DNA from: Planctomycetota bacterium
Lineage (GTDB): Bacteria > Planctomycetota > UBA8108 > SXIK01
Assembly: GCA_965223845.1 (NCBI GenBank)
Contig: CBDCXR010000001.1
Coordinates: 1 to 15,005 of the forward strand
Direction of reading: 5' to 3'
Length of the DNA: 15,005 nt
The translations under genes and the position numbers were made by a program. This document shows positions 1 through 7,544 of this stretch, one piece after another; the stretch's first letter is position 1, and the number at the start of each line of letters is the position of its first letter. The notes below the pieces were generated by a model. That model saw nothing but the letters and a program-made list of their open reading frames with translations, ran no database searches and had not been told where the DNA came from.

Positions 1-1354
1 GACACGAACAGGATGAAACTTGTAGGTAGGATAGCCGCCATTCGATCCTTTTTGGCTTCTTACAGCGGAGATATACCAGGGACTATTCGCTATGCACGTC
101 AGGCGCTTGAGCATCTACCCGAACAAGAACGAGCAGGGCGTAGTACTGTTTTAATTGCCTTAGGGGATACATATGCTAGCCAGGGCCAAATGGCAGCAGC
201 GCACAAAGCCTGGTCAGATGCGCTGGCGACAGGCAGAGCTTCAGGCGATCATCTACCTGCTCATAATCGTCAATTCAAGACTAGCCGAGATCTTGAGACA
301 ACAAGGTCAGTTGCAGCAGGTCATAGATATCTGCGAGCACCAGTGGAAAAGCGCATATGAAAGTGACATTTCAGAATCGGCCGTCGTCGGTTGGTTATTA
401 GGGATATGGGGCGAGATTCTGGCTGAATTAAATGATCTAGATAGGGCCATCGATCAGGCGAAAAAAGGCGTAAAACTGACGGCACGTGGCGGGGATGTAT
501 TTTATGAAGTCATGAGCAACCTGAAACTGGTGAGAGTTCTATTTTCTAGGGGGGACATAACTGGCGTCGAAGATGTCATCCAAGCGATGGAGAATACCGC
601 TCGCGAACACGATATGCCGCTTTGGGCCTTGTGCCACTTATCAGCCTGGCAAGGGCGGGTATGGCTGGTACAAGGTAAACTTGGAGGTCGCATCCCAATG
701 GGTTGAAGAGCGTGGGTTGGATCCCGATGGAGAGCTTATATATCCATACGAAGTGGAGTATATCCTGTTTGCCCGTATCCTTATGGCTCAAGGGAAGTTT
801 GGATGAAGCGATCCACGCCTGTTGCAACGCCTGCTCGAGGCAGCAGAAGCAGGGGGACGTACATCAAGCGTGATCGAGCTTTTGATTCTTCAAGCGTTGG
901 CTGGGCATACGTCGGGGGCATGATACAACTCAGGCCATAACCTGGTTGGAAAAGGCCCTCACCCTGGCCGAGTCCAAATGGTTTCATCCGGATTTTTGTG
1001 GATGAAGGCCCGCCGATGGCTCGTTTGCTTTACGAAGCGCTTTCTCGCGGGACGGCTCCAGATTATGTTCAACGGCTATTAGCAGCATTTCCTATCGACG
1101 ATGCGGAACAGACGAGACCAGCGGACACGACAGATTCCTCAGCTACATTGATTGAGCCTTTGAGCGAGCGTGAAATCGAAGTACTCCAGCTCATCGCCGA
1201 GGGGCTGACCAATCAAGAAATCGCTAATAGGCTTTACCTCTCGCTCAATACAGTCAAGGTTCACACTCGCAATATCTACGGCAAACTCGATGCCCACCAC
1301 CGGGCGGATGCGGTGGCCAGGGCAAGGGCTTTGGGAATCTTCTCCTCCTCCTAA
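1..1354 (+). CDS. MalT-like TPR + LuxR-HTH transcriptional regulator, C-terminal part (5' end outside window), split by about 6-7 small indels
   Basis: Stitching ORFs 13-360, 173-706, 573-806 and 998-1354 plus the linking frames gives TPR-like helices (IRYARQALEHLP, ...LLQRLLEAAEAGGRTSSVIELLILQALA, LEKALTLAE-PNGFIRIFVDEGPPMARLL). These are followed by a LuxR HTH (LIEPLSEREIEVLQLIAEGLTNQEIANRLYLSLNTVKVHTRNIYGKL). Frame changes occur near 250, 680, 797-815 and 910-975. Confidence 0.88.
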
Positions 1355-1385
1355 TCGTCTTTGGCACATAAAACCAGTCAAACTG

Positions 1386-1418
1386 ACGGCCTGGTAGATA
1401 ACAAGCCGTTTTTTATTT
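1386..1418 (+). terminator. Possible imperfect intrinsic terminator after the LuxR gene
   Basis: ACGGC...GCCGT arms around an imperfect inner stem, directly followed by TTTTTATTT, 30-60 bp after the stop codon. Confidence 0.35.
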
Positions 1419-1434
1419 CCCTATCCAAGCCTGT

Positions 1435-1493
1435 AAATAACCCTCGAATAATACCCCAGGGGTATGACGCTAATACCATCTTGCGGCTATACT
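1435..1493 (+). promoter_or_regulatory. Putative sigma70-type promoter with a palindromic operator, upstream of the DUF4386-like cluster
   Basis: Perfect palindrome ATACCCC-A-GGGGTAT at 1451-1465. TAATACC repeats at 1449 and 1471, and related AATAACCC lies at 1436. ATGACG (1464-1469) and TATACT (1488-1493) are spaced 18 bp apart. Confidence 0.55.
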
Positions 1494-1558
1494 GAAGGTG
1501 TAAGATTTCAAACCAATCTCAGAATAGTCAAAGCCGCCTTGCTAAAGGAGAAAAAACG

Positions 1559-2356
1559 ATGGCTGTCAAAGAGAGTTTACAACTAATGGAGAAATCCACT
1601 TCAATCAGCAACGCATCAAACAAATATAAAGAAGAATCCAGAATAAACACACACAGAAAGACCGCAATTATTGTGGGTGTATTGTTCATCATTGCGACTG
1701 CTTTTCTGTTTATTGGAGAAGCTTTTTACAAACCTGTTCTAAGTTCTCCGGATTACCTGGAAATTGCTTATCCAAATCGAACAATTGTGATCATTGGCGT
1801 ACTACTTGAATTTATATGTGTCCTGGCAATGCCGCTCATAGCAGTCTTCGCGTTTCCTGTCCTCAAAAAACACAATGAAGCCTTGGCCCTGGGGTATGTC
1901 GTTTTCAGATCGCTTGAGGCGGTGATCTTAATCAGCGTGGCTGAAATCAATAAGCTGTCACTGATCGGTGTTAGTCAGGATTACCTAAATAGCGGAGGGG
2001 TGGACACTGCCTATTTTCAAACCATCGGTAGTACAATTCAGGCAGAAAATTACTGGGGCGATACAACAGGGCTGATCTACAATCTTGTGTTTATTTTCGG
2101 GGCTTTGATGCTCTATTCGGTACTGTATCAATCAAAGCTCGTGCCACGATGGATATCAGTCTGGGGTTTTATTGCTGCTGTCGCTTTGTTAATAGGTACG
2201 GTGCTGGCTTCATTTATTCACATCTCTCTGGCAATGGAGCTCTTCGTCGTCTTACCCATCGCTGTGCAAGAAATGGTGATGGCGGGATGGCTGATCGTAA
2301 AAGGTTTTAATCCATCTGTAATTCAGGTACAAGGTCATGTCAAACAAACAACCTAA
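1559..2356 (+). CDS. DUF4386-like multi-pass membrane protein
   Basis: About 6 hydrophobic segments with family-like motifs (RKTAIIVGVLFIIAT, HNEALALGY...R.LE, SKLVPRWISVWG, QEMVMAGWLIVKGFN). RBS AAGGAG lies upstream of ATG 1559. Confidence 0.8.
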   Translation: MAVKESLQLMEKSTSISNASNKYKEESRINTHRKTAIIVGVLFIIATAFLFIGEAFYKPVLSSPDYLEIAYPNRTIVIIGVLLEFICVLAMPLIAVFAFPVLKKHNEALALGYVVFRSLEAVILISVAEINKLSLIGVSQDYLNSGGVDTAYFQTIGSTIQAENYWGDTTGLIYNLVFIFGALMLYSVLYQSKLVPRWISVWGFIAAVALLIGTVLASFIHISLAMELFVVLPIAVQEMVMAGWLIVKGFNPSVIQVQGHVKQTT

Positions 2357-2614
2357 CCCAAAAACCGATCCAAATGAACCACGGGTCTATCAAACCAGGC
2401 TCAAGGGTCATCTGGGCCCGCAATGGACAGCGTGGTTTGGGGGCCTGAGCATCAGGCTGGAAGACAACGGCGATACGCTTTTAACCGGCCCGGTGGTCGA
2501 TCAGGCCGCGCATTGTACGGATTACTAAAAAAAGTGCGTGATTTAGGCATGCCCTTGCTTTCTGTCAATCGCGTTCAACTCAGTCAGGCAGATGCATCAG
2601 ATGTCAAACAGTAA
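2337..2614 (+). CDS. Small (~91 aa) conserved hypothetical protein, frameshifted near 2510
   Basis: ORF 2337-2528 (YQTRLKGHLGPQWTAWFGGLSI...TLLTGPVVDQAA) continues in ORF 2423-2614 (LYGLLKKVRDLGMPLLSVNRV). I recognise the joined protein as a small family often found near MalT-like LuxR and DUF4386 genes. Confidence 0.75.
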
Positions 2615-2646
2615 ATTGAGACAAGCATTTGAAGAGGAGAAAAACA

Positions 2647-3384
2647 ATGACGACCAAAGAAAGAATGAATACATACAGAAAGAACGCCGTAACGGCGGGC
2701 GTATTCTATATAGCGGCGACGGTTGCATCTAGCATAACTGTTATCATTATGACTTCTATGCTAGATGATCCGGATTATCTTGTTCGTGTTGCTGGAAATG
2801 AATTCCAAGTGATGATGGCCGCGCTCCTGATGTTAATTGATGTCGTTGCCGTTGTTGGCATCAGCATCGTGCTGTATCCAATCTTGAAAAAGCATATCGA
2901 AGCCTTAGCGCTTGGGTACGCTGCAGCCAGGGCAATTGAGGGCGTACTTTTTACAGTCTATGTCATCGGTATACTATCACTATTGACATTGAGTCAGGAA
3001 TTCGTCAAAGCAGGCGCGCCGGATGCTTCCTATTTTCAAACCGGAGGCGCGGTATTACGAGCAGCATCTGATTGGGCCTTCGCGCTTGGGCTACGACTTG
3101 CCTTCGGCGTATCTGCGTTGCTCCTAAACTATTCGCTATATCGAACAAGACTCGTTCCTCGCTGGTTATCTGCTTGGGGATTTGTTGGAGCCATCTTGGT
3201 ATTCGCCATACTCTTGTTTGAGTTTTTCGGCATCACTGTACTAGAAATCTCGGACATTCTCATAGCTGGGCAAGAAATGGTCTTTGCGGTTTGGCTAATC
3301 GTTAAGGGATTCAACTTATCGGTAATCGCTTCAGAGTCTGGAAGTATAGATGTGACCGGAACAACGAGCCGAACTACGACATAA
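2647..3384 (+). CDS. Second DUF4386-like multi-pass membrane protein (paralog of 1559-2356)
   Basis: Shares motifs with the first copy (LKKHIEALALGY, SYFQT, LVPRWLSAWGF, QEMVFAVWLIVKGFN). GAGGAG precedes ATG 2647, which I prefer to TTG 2629 as the start. Confidence 0.8.
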   Translation: MTTKERMNTYRKNAVTAGVFYIAATVASSITVIIMTSMLDDPDYLVRVAGNEFQVMMAALLMLIDVVAVVGISIVLYPILKKHIEALALGYAAARAIEGVLFTVYVIGILSLLTLSQEFVKAGAPDASYFQTGGAVLRAASDWAFALGLRLAFGVSALLLNYSLYRTRLVPRWLSAWGFVGAILVFAILLFEFFGITVLEISDILIAGQEMVFAVWLIVKGFNLSVIASESGSIDVTGTTSRTTT

Positions 3385-3407
3385 AACAGCATTCACGCGA
3401 CAACCGT

Positions 3408-3688
3408 AACTTTGGCTTGTTCGTGCTGACGACGTTTAGCAGCGATTCATTTATGTTGACCATACCATCTCACTCTAGCTTCCGACCACCTTGGTGCTAG
3501 TAGTCGCAACCCCCTCTCACGATTAGGCTGCCATCCTGCTAGGATGAGGTTTCATTGTCCCAGAGGCTTCGCACCTCACCGTTACGGGTGAGGTGCGCCC
3601 TGGCTGGTAGAGTACGGGTGGCAGAACACCCGGTTACATCCTGTCTTTTTCGGTTGTAACATCTTCTCACGCGACTTTCGTGTCGCAC
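3408..3688 (-). mobile_element. Truncated group II intron: 5' end and part of domain I only, no RT ORF, no domain V/VI
   Basis: The minus strand from 3688 reads GTGCGACACGAAAGTCGCGTGAG..., the GUGYG 5' consensus. It continues with domain-I-like TGTAACCGGGTGTTCTGCCACC, a GCACCTCACC-CGTAAC-GGTGAGGTGC stem-loop, GAAGCCTCTGGGACAATG, AGCAGGATGGCAGCCTAA and GGTCAACATAAATGAA...AAACGTCGTCAGC. The 3' limit is approximate. Confidence 0.75.
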
Positions 3689-3724
3689 GCGCTGGTGTGC
3701 GTTAAAGAAATAGGAGATATCTGA

Positions 3725-4196
3725 GTGAAGAGTCATAGTATCGAGGGGAAGCGGGGCAAATTCAGGATGTGCGGGCAGCGACCCGCCAGACGCTCGGTCC
3801 GGTTCGGGCCCAAGAACTACATCGCGCCTGTGAGATACTCGGTGTACAGCACACCCTTTGCCTCAACTATGGCGATGGGGCCTTGCAAAATGCTGATCCA
3901 GAGGCATTGACCAGACACATCACCCAAATTATCCGTACCTTTCGACCGGATGTGGTGATTACCTTTGGCCCAGACGGAGCCTACGGTCATCCTGACCATA
4001 TAGTCATCAGTGGAATCATCACCGAACGCAATTTTCAGTTGCGCCCGACACATTGCCCCTGGAGGTGCTGGGCGACTGGTTCGGCCGGGAGTGCTTTGTG
4101 CTCGCCCACCCCTCGATCCGCGCCATGAAGTCCCGGCCCTTTCGGGCAACGAAGATAAGGACTGAAACAGCTACGGGCCAAGGGGCCACCCCTTAA
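3725..4196 (+). pseudogene. PIG-L/MshB-family deacetylase with two internal deletions
   Basis: AGGAG RBS and GTG 3725 give MKSHSI. A second frame gives RGEAGQI...VRAQELHRACEILGV...LNYGDGAL...IRTFRPDVVITFGPDGAYGHPDH (3742-~4015). A third frame gives HRTQF...LGDWFGRECFVLA to TAA 4194-4196. The N-terminal HPDD(E) metal motif is absent. Confidence 0.8.
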
Positions 4197-4240
4197 GCGA
4201 AAACCGCTATCGCAGCCAGTCATTTGGCTCTGGCGGCTTG

Positions 4241-4267
4241 ATCCCCACCCCATATCAAAGTGGGGAT
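4241..4267. repeat. 8-bp inverted repeat between convergent genes, possible hairpin
   Basis: ATCCCCAC (4241-4248) and GTGGGGAT (4260-4267). No clear U-tract. Confidence 0.3.
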
Positions 4268-4422
4268 AGGTCCAGAGAACTGAGCATTGTCAAAGCCGGT
4301 CCGGGTCATCTTCGAGCTATGGCCATCGAAATTGCCTAATGTAGATTAATCAAAGGGAAGATTAAGAATGGTGAAAAAACTACCTGCATCTACCGCCTCA
4401 GGCAAACAGTAAAATCCATAAA

Positions 4423-5055
4423 TTATACAGTACCAGCCTCGTCCTCTACAACCAGAATCTTGATAAAGGTGTAGATCATATAAATCGTAACCACCTCAAA
4501 GACCAGCAAGCCGGGTAACATCAGATAGCTGAACCAGGTAACCAGACCTACTACAAACAGGCTGATGGGAAAGATAAAATGGGCGAGATTGCTATAAACA
4601 TTAAGCAGATTTAACCTTAGCGGTTGAAAGTAAAACCGAACCAGCCAGGGACCCTCTTGAACCAGGGTTGTTTTCCAATGATGGGCCGGCTGTCGGATAA
4701 AGATTGCCACCAACAGACCAGCTATCCACTCTATACCAATGATGAGCGGAGCCAAGGTTAGTCCTGACAACACCCAGACAAAGGTATGGGTCAATAAATC
4801 AATGGTTAACTCAAATACAGCTCCGAAGTTGGTCACATGGCCCAACTGTCGCGCTAAATAGCCATCGACGACATCCAGAATCAACAGACAAATAAAGAGC
4901 CAAACCGCAATTCCCCAACGTAGACCGCTGCCTATCGCCCAGCCCATGAAAGTATATAAATAGACGGTGACGACAGCCATAGTCAGCATGGCTAAACGCC
5001 CGTACCCCACCAGGTTGAAAGGATAGAGCAGGATATTTGAAGTCGTGAGCTTCAC
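4423..5055 (-). CDS. CDP-alcohol phosphatidyltransferase family protein
   Basis: Motif DVVDGYLARQLGHVTNFGAVFELTID, an N-terminal PFNLVGYGRL segment and multiple TM helices. The start is probably GTG 5055 (GAAGGGGG upstream). The ORF track starts at 5082. Confidence 0.85.
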   Translation of the reverse strand: MKLTTSNILLYPFNLVGYGRLAMLTMAVVTVYLYTFMGWAIGSGLRWGIAVWLFICLLILDVVDGYLARQLGHVTNFGAVFELTIDLLTHTFVWVLSGLTLAPLIIGIEWIAGLLVAIFIRQPAHHWKTTLVQEGPWLVRFYFQPLRLNLLNVYSNLAHFIFPISLFVVGLVTWFSYLMLPGLLVFEVVTIYMIYTFIKILVVEDEAGTV

Positions 5056-5129
5056 GCCCCCTTCAGACTGGTCTTCGGCCAATGATATTTCTCAAGAAAT
5101 CCAATTGATGAGCGGTACAAATCAGCTAT

Positions 5130-5492
5130 CTAACGAGGTCGTAAGCTAGCGGCCATAATACGTAATTGATGGAAGTCAATAGGCTTGAAAAGAACTGCCT
5201 CAACCTCTCCCCGAAGCATATTGGCCTTATTTAGGTCAGCCGAGGCCACAATAACCTTCGTTTCGACTAGCCGTTTGTCCGCCTGAATACGTTCCAGAAT
5301 CTCTTCCCCTGAAACTTGGGGCAGATGGAGGTCTAACACCACCAAAGCAGGCGTGGTTACTTTTAGTCTGGGCAAGGCAATGGCACCATTGTAGATGATT
5401 TCGGTTTCAAATCCGGCTTTCTGTACGGCAAAGGCGAAGATGTCGGCAAGTTTTGGATCATCTTCAATAATCAGGGCTAATGGGTTTGTCAT
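5130..5492 (-). CDS. Single-domain (CheY-like) response regulator
   Basis: IIEDD, VVLDLHLPQVSG (phospho-Asp), IVASA and FKP motifs. Start overlaps the kinase stop by 4 nt (ATGA). Confidence 0.92.
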   Translation of the reverse strand: MTNPLALIIEDDPKLADIFAFAVQKAGFETEIIYNGAIALPRLKVTTPALVVLDLHLPQVSGEEILERIQADKRLVETKVIVASADLNKANMLRGEVEAVLFKPIDFHQLRIMAASLRPR

Positions 5493-7477
5493 TCTGTTTG
5501 GTCCTGAATTAGGTTTAGTGGTAACAAGACGGTGAAGGTACTACCCTGTCCCACCTCACTGTCTAAGCTGACCTGTCCCCTCATCAGGGTGGCGAGCTGT
5601 TTGACGATAGATAACCCCAGACCCGTGCCATCATGCGCCCGGGTGACCGAACCATCCACCTGGCCAAATGGATCAAAGATATGGGCATGAAATTCTTCAG
5701 GGATGCCAGGACCGGTATCGGTGACCTGTAGTACCCAATGGGTGGCGTCAGTCGTACGGATGTGGACTTGCACCTCGCCTTGCTGGGTAAATTTGATGGC
5801 ATTACTCACCAGATTGACCAAGATCTGCTGCACCCGGATTGGATCGCCGGATAAGGTCGCCGGCACATCAGTAGCCACGTTGGTTGCTAGGTTTAACCCT
5901 TTGTTCCGAGCGAATATCTGCATCTTCGCCTGCATTTGCTCAACAACATGTCGTGGTGAGAAAGGTTCATGGCTCAAGGTCAATTTACCAGCCTGCAATT
6001 GACTTTGATCTAACAACTCATTGACCAACTTGGTCAGATAGTGGGCACTGTCTATAACATCTGAGATTTTCTCTGTCTGCTCATCAGAGAGGGGGCCGAA
6101 GAACTCCTCTGTCAGCATCTGACTGTAGCCCAGGATGGCTCCAAGCGGGGTACGTAGTTCGTGGCTCACTTTGGCTAGCAGTTCAGTCTTCAACCGGCTG
6201 GCCTCTAATGCTTGATCCCGGGCATGAGCCAGGGCCAGTTCAGACCTTTTTCTTTCCGTAATATCTACAACTTGAGCAATAAGATAATGTGGCTTTCCCT
6301 CTGCGCTACGAACAAAACCTACTTGCAAAATAATATAAATAGTCTGGCCACTTTTATGAATATAGCGCTTCTCCAACTGATAATTGGAGATTTCTTCCTG
6401 CTTTAGTTGTTGAAGGAAAGTCAAGTTATTGGGTAAATCATCGGGGTGAGTAATATCCATAAATGATTTTGTTAATAATTCCATGGGCGCATAACCAACC
6501 GTATCGGCGAATGCTTGATTAACTTGTTGGAACATGCCCTCTAAGGAAGTTATGGCCATACCCGTTGGGGCAAGCTCAAAGAGCAAACGAAATTGTTGCT
6601 CACGTTCACGTAGCGTTTCCTCAACCCGTTTGCGCTCTATAATCTCTATTTTAAGTTGTTGGTTGCTGTCCTCCGCTCGTTTGAAGAGATGATATGTACT
6701 GATGAGTAAGCCAACAATCACCATGACATAGCCCAGAATTTTTAAGATATGAGCAAGATTAAACATTACATCAAACAACTGGCTTGAAACGGCCATCGCC
6801 GGAAAATGCAAAAAAGTGTTTATAATCAGCGCTATGACCAACCAATGTGTAAAGCTGCTCTCCGTCCTAGAACCTTGACGTAAGATAGTCACGGCAGCAA
6901 ATAGAAAAAAGAGGGCGGGAATAAGCTCCCACGGGCGAGGAATTAATTGTCCTGGATAATAGACTTGTCGTGGCAAAGGCACAAACGTGAAGAAGAGAAA
7001 ACTCGCTAGAGTCAATCCGATGACAAGACTGTAGGTAAGTATTTCTGTAGCTCTATCTGTTGACGCAAAGATTTTCTGTTTGGGCCAGAGGTGCCAACCT
7101 ACCCCTAGAAATAGAGCTAAAAACACTCGTGAAGCCATCCAACTCCAGGGAATGAGAGAAGGGAGTGTCGTGGGGTAAGAAACGGGAAATGTAGTAGAGG
7201 TCACAAAGGTATGAAAACTATCCAGCATCGCAGTACCGAAAAACCCCGCGCCGACAAGCAAGAATATTAGATGCTTTTGACTATAGTAACGCACTAAAGC
7301 AATAACGCCGACGAACAAAGCCAAAAAGGTTGCTATTGATTCTAATACCGTATGAGTTCGAGCCGTAGTCTGCCATTGAACATTCTGTAGAGCAAAACTG
7401 CCTAATATAAGAATAAGGCTAAGAACAATATAAGCTACTACCCGATTTTGTACTTGTTGGTTTTGTTTCGTTTGCAT
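5489..7477 (-). CDS. Membrane sensor histidine kinase: MASE3-like ~7-TM N-terminus, PAS/PAC, HisKA, HATPase
   Basis: Hydrophobic N-terminus (HTVLESIATFLALFVG...FLLVGAGFFGTAMLDSFH) and PAS (FELAPTGM...ITHPDD...EKRYIHKSG...DITERK). Kinase boxes: H-box SHELRTPL, N-box QILVNLVSNAIKFT, G1 DTGPGI, F IFDPF, G2 GTGLGL. Confidence 0.93.
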   Translation of the reverse strand: MQTKQNQQVQNRVVAYIVLSLILILGSFALQNVQWQTTARTHTVLESIATFLALFVGVIALVRYYSQKHLIFLLVGAGFFGTAMLDSFHTFVTSTTFPVSYPTTLPSLIPWSWMASRVFLALFLGVGWHLWPKQKIFASTDRATEILTYSLVIGLTLASFLFFTFVPLPRQVYYPGQLIPRPWELIPALFFLFAAVTILRQGSRTESSFTHWLVIALIINTFLHFPAMAVSSQLFDVMFNLAHILKILGYVMVIVGLLISTYHLFKRAEDSNQQLKIEIIERKRVEETLREREQQFRLLFELAPTGMAITSLEGMFQQVNQAFADTVGYAPMELLTKSFMDITHPDDLPNNLTFLQQLKQEEISNYQLEKRYIHKSGQTIYIILQVGFVRSAEGKPHYLIAQVVDITERKRSELALAHARDQALEASRLKTELLAKVSHELRTPLGAILGYSQMLTEEFFGPLSDEQTEKISDVIDSAHYLTKLVNELLDQSQLQAGKLTLSHEPFSPRHVVEQMQAKMQIFARNKGLNLATNVATDVPATLSGDPIRVQQILVNLVSNAIKFTQQGEVQVHIRTTDATHWVLQVTDTGPGIPEEFHAHIFDPFGQVDGSVTRAHDGTGLGLSIVKQLATLMRGQVSLDSEVGQGSTFTVLLPLNLIQDQTE

Positions 7478-7485
7478 ATATGATT

Positions 7486-7522
7486 CCTTAGCAACAACAG
7501 ATCTCGCATTTTGTTGTTAAGG
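7486..7522 (-). promoter_or_regulatory. Intercistronic stem-loop covering the kinase RBS
   Basis: The mRNA reads CCUUAACAACAA-(13 nt)-UUGUUGCUAAGG-AAUCAUAU-AUG, a 12-bp stem with one mismatch whose 3' arm contains most of the AAGGA Shine-Dalgarno. Confidence 0.45.
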
Positions 7523-7544
7523 TTTGAACTGATCCAAACTTTCT

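Noticed and set aside
502-1381. Short minus-strand ORFs 502-693, 576-827, 781-987 and 1139-1381
   Set aside because: Antisense shadows of the MalT-like gene with no recognisable motifs.
3593-3600. Plus-strand GTGCGCCC as an alternative group IIC intron start
   Set aside because: It is one arm of the hairpin inside the minus-strand intron remnant, and no plus-strand intron features follow.
3539-3736. 65-aa minus-strand ORF
   Set aside because: It runs through structured group II intron RNA sequence and has no protein-like features.
3817-4253. Minus-strand ORFs 3817-4149 and 4035-4253
   Set aside because: Antisense to the PIG-L pseudogene, with no motifs.
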